Below are positions 12,615-21,868 of a DNA stretch of 64,000 nucleotides, one piece after another. Every line of letters starts with the position of its first letter. Position 1 is the first letter of the stretch. Made by a program: the position numbers and the translations under genes. The notes under the pieces are model-generated. The model searched no databases. It had not been told where the DNA came from and worked only from the letters and a program-made list of their open reading frames with translations. This DNA comes from Yuukianura sp. NJ FZ-2021 (taxonomy: Eukaryota), in the NCBI GenBank assembly GCA_046563655.1, contig CM102286.1, forward strand, positions 14,880,001 through 14,944,000. Direction: 5' to 3'.

Positions 12615-13475
12615 TTACTTTCCAAATCGCTGTTCACTTTGTTCGTAAATTCGGAGCCAGTTTTCCAAATCCTGTTCATCGCATTCCGGCATGTACTTGT
12701 TTTCGTAGTAGAATTCGGAGTAAACGGATTGCCAAATCAAAAACCCCGAGTTCCTGACAGTTCCTGAATCCTTGGCTCCAGTGCGTACAATCAAATCGGG
12801 TACGGGATACTCCTGTTCAGCCATCCAAACGTTCTTTGAAATTGCTTCGGCAGAAATTGGTTCAACAGAATCGGAATTTTGAATTTTTCGAATTGCTTCT
12901 ACAATGTCGTCTTGTCCTCCATAGTCCATTGCCAAGTTGAGACAATGTTCTGTTCTGGATTCAGTTTCAGTTTCAATTTTGATCATATTTTCAATTATGT
13001 TTTTTGGTAGTCTGTTCCTCTGTCCAATGAATCTCACTCGACTGTTGAATTTATCAGCAAGTTGTTTAATAATTGAAAACTGTCCAAGCACTAACTTGAA
13101 CAAAATTTCCAATTCCAATTTTGAACGGCCAAAGTTGTCTGTACTGAGAACCCAAAATGTAACTGTGTGAACCCCGAGTTCAAATGCTGCTTGCGCTGTT
13201 TTCAAAACGGCGTCTTTCCCGCGCGAGTATGCAGTTAATCCTGTCACGTTTGCTTGGCGGGAATACCGTCGGTTTCCGTCCGGAACAATTCCGAGGTGTT
13301 TCACTTTCGTCGTCAGTGTTCGGCCTGGTGCAGTTTTACCGCCATTTTGAGTATTGGGTACCGATTTCCAGCCATTTTTAGTATTGGGTACCGATTTCCA
13401 GCCATTTTGTGTATTGGATACCGATTTCCCTCCTTTTTTGGTATCGGTTGCCGATTTCCCGCAGTGATTTCCCAT
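12615..13475 (-). CDS. cis-prenyltransferase (UppS/undecaprenyl-PP synthase family), intronless, with a repetitive N-terminal extension
   Basis: KHLGIVPDGNRR, FWVLSTDNFGRS, LNLAMDYGGQDDI, PDLIVRTG, RNSGFLIWQSVYSE and C-terminal QRFGK. Confidence 0.9.
   Translation of the reverse strand: MGNHCGKSATDTKKGGKSVSNTQNGWKSVPNTKNGWKSVPNTQNGGKTAPGRTLTTKVKHLGIVPDGNRRYSRQANVTGLTAYSRGKDAVLKTAQAAFELGVHTVTFWVLSTDNFGRSKLELEILFKLVLGQFSIIKQLADKFNSRVRFIGQRNRLPKNIIENMIKIETETESRTEHCLNLAMDYGGQDDIVEAIRKIQNSDSVEPISAEAISKNVWMAEQEYPVPDLIVRTGAKDSGTVRNSGFLIWQSVYSEFYYENKYMPECDEQDLENWLRIYEQSEQRFGK
13341..13460. repeat. 30-bp coding tandem repeat, 4 copies (10-aa unit KSVPNTKNGW)
   Basis: Units of GCCATTTT-GTATTGGGTACCGATTTCCA type start at 13341, 13371, 13401 and 13431. 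Confidence 0.9.
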
Positions 13476-14377
13476 TTCAAAAATATTTTAGACGAAAAAG
13501 TATATGCCAACTTTGTAACACACCTTGAGCTTGTTGTTTCAATATTTAAAAAATTTAAAATTTAAATTTCCAAAATTTTGAAATCGTTTGTACGCGGAAA
13601 TGAAAAGACTTTTCTCGAACGTTTCAAAAGGGAAGTGAAGAACTGCCCTTGTGAATAATGTTCATACCACAGCCGACTTACGAGGAGTGGCTTTTAGAAT
13701 ATTTTTGAAAACGTTTTTAAAGCAGTGCGGAGTCTCACGATGAATGGGTCCTTGGCCGTTTCGCAAAATGTTTTTGTTTTTCTTAAAAAGTTCTCAAGAA
13801 AATCAAAGTAATGATGCACAGCAAGTTTTGAAATTTGAATGCATTTTGCATTCTTGATTCACATTAGATTGAGTAACCTAGCTACCACATGCAAAACGTA
13901 AGAATTTTCGAATGCAATTTAAAATTTAATCTTAATTTTAATTTAATTTAATTTTTTTAAACAAACTTTTATTGCCAAAAATTCTTATTAATTGTGAGAA
14001 ATGTTTTTACCGAATTAGTTGTTTTGAGAAACAAAAACAAGGTTATTTCGGCACTTACTTTTTTTTGAAAATCTGCACTCCTAACCCAACATTTGTTGAT
14101 GCAATTTTTCTTAACAGATTGCGACATAAATTATTACTACATGATGAAAATTCTTACGTAAACATATTTTCGTCGAATTGGTTTTAATTTTTTTTTTGGC
14201 TTAATAATTTAATTGGCATTTTGATAACTTAACTTTTATCTGACGAAAAAGTTGAAATTTTTGAGTCGATTGGTTTTAACTTATCTTTTGATCAGTTTGC
14301 GTCCACTTTGTATTGATTGCAAATTTTCATGTACCTCAATTCTGCGACATTTGTCAGTTTTTAGCTGTCTTTAAATC

Positions 14378-17300
14378 ATGTTTCCAATTTTGTTCCAACT
14401 GTTTTTTGTGTCAACTTTCGTTTTGACCGCTACCCCACTCCATTTAAGTTCAAGTGTTGAAGAATCTAGTTCAAAGGTCAATGACCCCGCGGGGTTTAGA
14501 GGTCACGGGGTGACCTTGACCCAGAGACTGCCTCGGGCGGTGGTTCCCAGTCACTATGACCTTGGCATCATCCCAATCATTGATCCACTGGACAAAGACT
14601 ATCTCAAGGCCGATGGACGCGTTGTCATCACCTTTACTTGCGTTGAGTCCGCCACATTCATTGTTCTCAATACAGCCGAAACGGAAATCCGAAGAAATCC
14701 TGTGGTAAAAATTTAAAAAACTACTTTTTAAAAAAGAATCAAATTTCAAAATTTGAAATTTCATTAGTTGAGTCCTGCGGTGACCGTGAATGGGTACACG
14801 CTAGATGCAGCAACTGAAACGCTCACGATAGAACTTGGAGCGCCGCTGGAAGTGGGCGAAATTTACACTGTTGAAATTTATTTTTTTTCAAGAGTTGCCG
14901 ACGACAGACAAGTTGGGCTGTATTTCAGCAAGTACTTGGATCCATCTACTGGGGAAATGAAGTAAGCACACGACTCAAAATTTTGAAAACATAAAATTTT
15001 CAAAATTTTCAACATTTATGACAGCTACCATGTCGCTACTCAATTTCAAGCAATAGAAGCGAGAAAAGCGTTTCCGTGTTTTGACGAACCAGAACTAAAA
15101 GCTACTTTTGTGATTCGAATTGGAAGACAAGTAAACCTGCATCGATCGCTTTCAAATATGCACCAAAATGGAGATCCTCAACCAATGTAATTAAATAATT
15201 TATATGATTATATTATATGAATATATTTTAATACATTTTAATTGATTGATACTGTTTTAGTCCAGGTAGACCTGATTACGTTTACGACATTTACCACGAG
15301 ACTCCAGTTCCAATGGCGACATACTTGGTAGCCATTGTGGTCATGTCGGATTTTCCAGCAGTCCTAGCCGATCCAGCAATCTACCCGGTTCCAGTTTCAG
15401 TACGAAAAAATTCAAAATTTTGAAAGAATTTTGTGCATTTTGAAATTTTTTTTAACATTATAGGTATGGGGTCCGAATTTTGTAGTGACGCAAGCTGATG
15501 GTCAACTATCTGCTGACACTGCAGCCAAAATGTTAGCGTTTTTTACAGAGTACACTGTACATCCCTACGATTTTGAAAAATTTGACTCTATAGCAGTTGG
15601 AGAATTTTACTACGGGTGAAATTTTGAAAAAAAAAAGGTCAAAAGTTTTAATTTCAATTTCAAATTTTGTTGAAATTTTGTTTTAGCGCCATGGAAAACT
15701 GGGGATTGAACATCTATGGAATGCAGAACTTGTTTTACATTGAACACGACATGACTATGGAAGACAAATGGCGAATTATGTCCGTCATTGCTCATGAAGT
15801 TTCTCATCAGGTGATTTTGACGTATTCGTCAAAAGTTGACGTCTACGTCAAAGTTAAAGTCGATGCATACGACAATTTACGTCATTTCGATGTACAATTA
15901 CGACACGTCATTTTGATGCATGACGTAAAAACGTCAAAGAACGTCAAAATTACGAATGACGTCAAAACCACGAATTACGTCAGTTTTTGGTCTGTTTTAG
16001 TGGTTTGGGAACGCGGTGACCTGTGATTGGTGGACAGACCTTTGGCTCAACGAGGGATTGGCCAACTACATGGACTTTGTTGGCACCGCCGCGGTCGTGC
16101 CGGAGTATGCACCGTGGGAACGGTTTGGCATTGACAACGCTCACAGTGCCCGCCTCAATGACGGCATGCCTAACGCCGCGCCCGTCCACGGTGACAATTT
16201 GACTCACTTTGAAGATCCGCCGGTGGCTCAAAAAGCTTCTGCACTCGTCAAAATGATGGAGGGATTTTTGACTCCAGGCACTTTGCAGCGGGGAATTCAA
16301 AAATACGTGGCGGACAAGTGAGTAAAATTCAAAAAACCAAGAAAAAAAGTTTCAAAATTTTGACTTTTTTTTTTAAATTTTCAGTCTTTATGGAAGTGTG
16401 CACCAAGATGACTTGTTTGAGGCATTGACTTACCAAGCTAACCAAGAAGGATTTGAAATTGACGTAAAAAAAATCATGGATCCATGGACAATCCAAAGTG
16501 GATTTCCGCTTCTACGTGTGTCAAGGATTTCAAAAACGATGATTTTCATTTCACAGGTTAGTTAATAAAATAAAATTTTCAAAAAATGGTTTTAAGGGTT
16601 CGACTTTTTGTTTTTAGGAAAGATTTTCAAATTCTAAAAGTTATGACTTGGATCCAATGTTTTGGCACATTCCAATTTCTTACATGGCTGCATCTGCGTC
16701 ACCTACAGACGATCATCATTTGCCAAAAACTTGGATGGACCAATCAGATCTCTCCATTTCACATGCAGTTGACAACACTGACGAATGGATACTGCTCAAC
16801 CCAGATGCTTACAGTACTTGCCAAAAAATATACACAAATTTTGAAAATTTTGAAAATTTTCTCTTTTTTAAAAATTTTTGAAAGATTTTTATCGTGTGCT
16901 GTACGACGATCACTTGCGTCAACTCCTCATTGCTCAGCTAGCTCAAGATCCCACAAAAATTTCAGCTCTGAGCAGAGGCCAACTAATTGACGACTACTTC
17001 AAAATTGCACTTGGCGGTAAAGTTTTACATTTTACATAAATTATACATTTATATATTTAAATATGTAAATATCATTTAATTGTAATATTTAAATATTTGC
17101 AGAGTACACAACAATCGATGTGGCTCTTGAGTTTACAGAATATTTGGACAAAGAAACTGAACTGGCCGTTTGGGTTACTTTGTTCGACAATATTCAAAAT
17201 ATTCACAACTTACTCAGCGAACATGGTCAACTTGGAACAGCATTTAGAGTAAAAATTTCAAAAATTTCAAAATTTCAAGATTTTTTATTTGGAAATTTCG

Positions 17301-18365
17301 AAATTTCAGGACCACTTTTTGGCCAAACTAAGTCCCACCTTTGAGTCGCTTGGTACTGAACCACTTCCTGACGACACTCCAGTAACAATTATGCTCAGAA
17401 GTCACTTACTGGACTGGGCATGCGCATTGAGTCACCCTGACTGCTTCACTTCAGCAAAAGAACAAGTTGACCTCTGGATGACCTCTGGAACCAATCCGTA
17501 AAATTTTCATTTCTAAAATTAAAAAAAAAATCAAAATTTTGAAAAATTTTAGGATATCACCTGACCTACAACCGATGATGTACTGTGCCTCTGTTTACGA
17601 CGGAGGGAGTAACTACTACGACTTTTTCTTGGAGTTGTTCCAAAATCCAGCAGCGTCTCCACGGCAACTGGGGCTGTTTCTGGAAGCTCTGTCTTGTCCA
17701 AGTGACCCAGAGCTCTTGACCAGGTAAACTTCAGAATAGAGCATGCTAGCTCAAGGGTTAGAGTTGGTTCCCGCATAGAAGAGACGTGGGTTCGAATCCC
17801 ACTCGGTCTCTCTTTTTACGCTCTCGTTCTTTGTCTGTCAAGCCATATGACCCGTCAACGTCACACAACCAAAGCCTAATGTTAACCTAACAAATTTAAC
17901 TTTATTAGGACTTTGGAACTGGCAATTTCGGACACTGTGTCACTTATATCCAAGACTGAAGACGCTGTGCGTGTGATGGGCCTCGTGACTCAAAATGTGG
18001 CGGGAAGAAATTTGGCATTTGAATTTGTGCGGTCAAAGGTCAACGACATTTTGGAGTCACGAGTGGGCGAAAGTGGAATCAAGAGTGTCATTTCCGCTCT
18101 CGGCAAATACTACAACACAGTTGCTCAACGAGATGAGGTTAGTCAATTTCAAAATTTCGAAAAAGTTTGCAAATTTTGAAAAAAGAAAAGAAATGTTGTA
18201 AATGAATTGTTTATTTCTTAGGTTAAGGCCTTCCTGGAGGAGAATCCAGAATTTAGTGCAGATTTAATTAACTCGATTAATACCACCATTGCACAAATTG
18301 AAGCAAATATCAAGTGGATGGAGGTTCATGAACCTGGACTCACTCGCTTCTTTTTTCCAAATTAA
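14378..18365 (+). CDS. M1 aminopeptidase N-like protein, multi-exon, with a signal peptide
   Basis: [64 protein letters not shown] and an ERAP1-like C-terminal domain ending IEANIKWM...FFPN*. Confidence 0.9.
15815..15985. repeat. Intronic degenerate array of ACGTCA/TGACGT motifs
   Basis: About 10 ACGTCA/TGACGT-like words within about 170 bp of the APN intron that follows the HEVSHQ exon. Confidence 0.6.
17743..17832 (+). mobile_element. tRNA-derived element (second copy) in an APN intron
   Basis: TAGCTCAAGGGTTAGAG at 17747, TGGGTTCGAATCCCACTC at 17787, then a T-run and CTCTCGTTCTT at 17821. Same blocks as the copy at 6905. Confidence 0.6.
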
Positions 18366-18547
18366 AAAAAAATTCAAATTCGAAATTTTAAAATTTTGAT
18401 TTTCGAAATTTTCGGTAGTTACATTAGGTGAATATATGTCAAATATTTTCGAAAAAAGACGTTACGAAGTTGAAGAAGTTGAAAAATTTTGTGACAAATC
18501 AAAGTAAAATGAAAATTAAATTGAAATTTTGTACTATTTTTTTGGTT

Positions 18548-20973
18548 TTAAAAAAGGCGGGCAATCAACCAGACACCAATGAGAATCAAAAAAGTTTGAA
18601 AAAATTTGTGGATCCACTTGAGTCTGAAAAAAAATTTCAGTAAAAATTATTTTTAAATTCAATTCGTTTTTTTTTTGAATGTTTCAAATTTTACCGGTTC
18701 ATTTTCTGCCTTGCTTTTGGTAGAGTTTTTTCGTCTTCCTTGAGCAAAAATTTTCGAATTCCTTGACAGTAAGTTTCCATAAAATTTTCCCACGGAACTT
18801 GTCGGATGTCAAAATTGAAAAATTTTTTGTCCTGCTCAGTCATGCGTCCAAGCAGCTCTTCGCTTCTGCGCGTCTCGAACTTCCAATCCTGAGTCGTGAA
18901 TGGACGTAAATCTTTGATTTTTGAAACATCGCGGTACAACTTTTTCATCCTAAATACACAATTGAGTCAACTTTTGAATTCGTCTGACATTTCCGATTTA
19001 TCTTAGGTTTAGACTTACCCTTTTGGTTTTCCCAAGGTGAATTCAAACAGGTACAAGAAGTGGATAGGGAGATACCGCCAGAGGAATTCCTTAATGGCGT
19101 ACCAAAATTCGGTAACTTCCTGGTCGGTACCGGGGTACCAAAGGGCTTTACTAAAGGGGTACTTGATCGTAAACTCTGTTGACCAATCAACGATGGTACC
19201 CCATGATATGGGGTTTCCATCTCCGCAGCAGCAGTTGTACACTTCTATGGGCTTGACCTTTGACCTTTGGAACAAAAAATAACAATAAGTTTTCTTTCAA
19301 AATAAGTGGGAAATGGGTACCCTGCAGAAGTGGTACCGGGGTACCACTTCTATGGACTTCAACTTTGACTTTTGGAACAAAAATACAATAAGTGTTGAAA
19401 TTTTTCAAAAAATTTTAAAAAGCGTACCCTGCAGAAAGTACCTGCGTGGTACCGCGGTACCACGCAGCCGCTAGGATCATGTTCACTGCAAGATCCAGTG
19501 GCATCAAGTCAACCATTTTGGAGGCGTCGCAAGGCAGAGTACGCAGAATCCCCATTCCATTGGCCACAATTGGCCCTGTGGCGCTGTTGAAGTTGTCTAC
19601 CCAACCAGGCTCAGGTTCTTTCCAAGTGGCTACAACTGAAATTCAAAATGGCGGCAAAATTTAAATTTTTGAATTTTCAAATTCCGCAACTTGAATTTAG
19701 GAATTCAAAAAAAAAACGGAATTTACCAATTGGAGGTCGAATGATACAAATCGGCAGATCTTCGGCTTCCTTCAAAATATGTTCTGCCAGTGACTTGGTG
19801 AATGTGTATGTGTTGGGTTTCGGATGAATCAGCCTGTTAAGAATTTCAAAAACCCCGAAATTTTGAAAATTTTTGAAAATTTGTTTCCTTAAGAAAAACT
19901 TACATCGGTGTGATTTTCTCGACCATCGGCTCAGTCAACGTTTCAAGACATTTTTCAAGATTTTCTGGATCGACGGTGACAGGATACACAGTCTCTTTAA
20001 TAGTTCTGAGGTCACTGTTTGCATAAGCAGTCGAAACATGAACCAGAACCTGAAAATTTAAAATTCAGGTCACAGGTCAAAGGTCAAAGGTCAACAAAAA
20101 CTCACCACAAGTTGTTTCATCTTGCGACACAAAGCAACCATGCGTTTTGTTCCGAGCGTGTTGATGTTAAACGCAAATTTCAACTTTTCGTCAAATTTTA
20201 CAGTTGCCGCACAATTGATCACAACGGAAACATTTTCTTGGAGAGTCTGCTGGTTTTCTGGGGTCAACCCAAGGTCAGGCAGACTCAGGTCACCGGCTAC
20301 AGGAATCACTTTGCTCAAAACTCCCGGGTTCTGAGACAGAACGGACTTGAACAACTAAAGGTCAAAGGTCAAAGGTCAAACTAAAATTTTGACTTGAAAA
20401 TTGAAAAAATTGAACTTACGGTGCTTTCCAACAAGGTTTTCAACCTGGAGTGGATGTCGAGTCCTCTCTTTGGGCGGAGGAGAATGTAAATACTACGAAC
20501 TTCTGAGCATGCGCGAAGCAGTTTCTCCAGAACTCCTTTCCCAATGAATCCAGTCGCTCCAGTCACAAAAACAGAACGATTTTTAAAAAAAGACACAATT
20601 TGAGAGACGTTTTCACCCAACATGGCATCTCCCTGTGTCCATTCTAAAAAAAAATCAAAATGGTTTTCAAAAACTTTGGAATGTTTTTGTTGAAAATCTA
20701 AGTTTTACCAAATTGGTCTGAAAAGTAGTTATGGAGAGAACCCATTACTGAAACTTTTGTATTATACTGATTGATCCAAATTAAGAACAAACGCAGGAGT
20801 TGCTTATATCTGTTTCTTAAACCAATTATTATCAGACTTAAATCGCCCTTCCCATTGGTCCGTTTCAAATGAAAAATAAACATGGTTTTCAAAAATCCTA
20901 TAAAACGTTGGTTTTTGTTCAAGTTCGAAATTTTACCTAATTGTTCTGCAAAGTAGCCTTCGAGAGAGCCCAT
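18548..20973 (-). CDS. Fatty acyl-CoA reductase (FAR), multi-exon
   Basis: [61 protein letters not shown] and a C-terminal [10 protein letters not shown] sterile domain. Stop TAA at 18550-18548. Confidence 0.92.
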
Positions 20974-21868
20974 GACACTGGAAATTTTGTGTGACCTTTT
21001 GGACTGACCAAGTTCAATTATATGCTATGACCAAAAACGAATTGACTCTGTAATTAAAAGTAATCTGAGATACTATGCTGGGCTACACTGCTTCAAACCT
21101 TATTCAAAAAGTTTCCGTTTCAAATTTTCCAAAATTTCTTTTTTTAAACTCTTTTTGAACCCTTTGTTCAAAGGTTAAAAACTAAAAATAACGAAGGCAG
21201 CGAAGTCACATTTGGTAAGAAACGAAAACAATGACAATTTCCTGGTTTTTCCAACTGGAAAATTTTATGCACAACGAAATCCACAAGCATGCTAAAAAAT
21301 GTCGTGCCTTTTGTATGTTTTTATTTTACAGTTTTGTGTAAATTGAGAAGAAAATGCAAAGTAAATGTTCTAAAATTTACTACAAAATAAAAAAAAAAGT
21401 TAAGTTGAATGACCTACATGGACATTTGAAGGGCACTGAAATTGCGTTTATTTGTGTCGGTGTTGCTGGCCTTGAAAAAAATGACTTGCATTCACCTGGA
21501 TTCTGGAAACTAATCTTTCAATTACTTTTTTTTACTCTTTGATTTTTACGATGCATCTTCCCTCATGCCTTGACAAAATCCCGTTACTAAATCCATACAA
21601 AATGCAAATCAAATGATAACTTGACTGCGTTTTTACTTGTGAAAAAAAAACTAAAATTTTGATTCCATGTCAAAATTTGCAACCATTTCACAACTTTCCT
21701 TCGTCCTGGAAGGAATAAGCTTTTGAAACTTTTGTTCACGTAACACAAATACGACAGTAGTTTACCGAAACCTCAAACTATAGTAAGTATTCAACTTTTT
21801 TGAAAATACTTTCAAAATTTTGATTATTCTTTTGAAAAGTTTCAGAAAAGTTTGAAGTTTAACGTGGA

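Noticed and set aside
12615..13475. Bacterial contamination
   Set aside because: There is no operon context, and the AT-rich flanks, composition and downstream AATAAA match the host. Neighbouring genes are eukaryotic.
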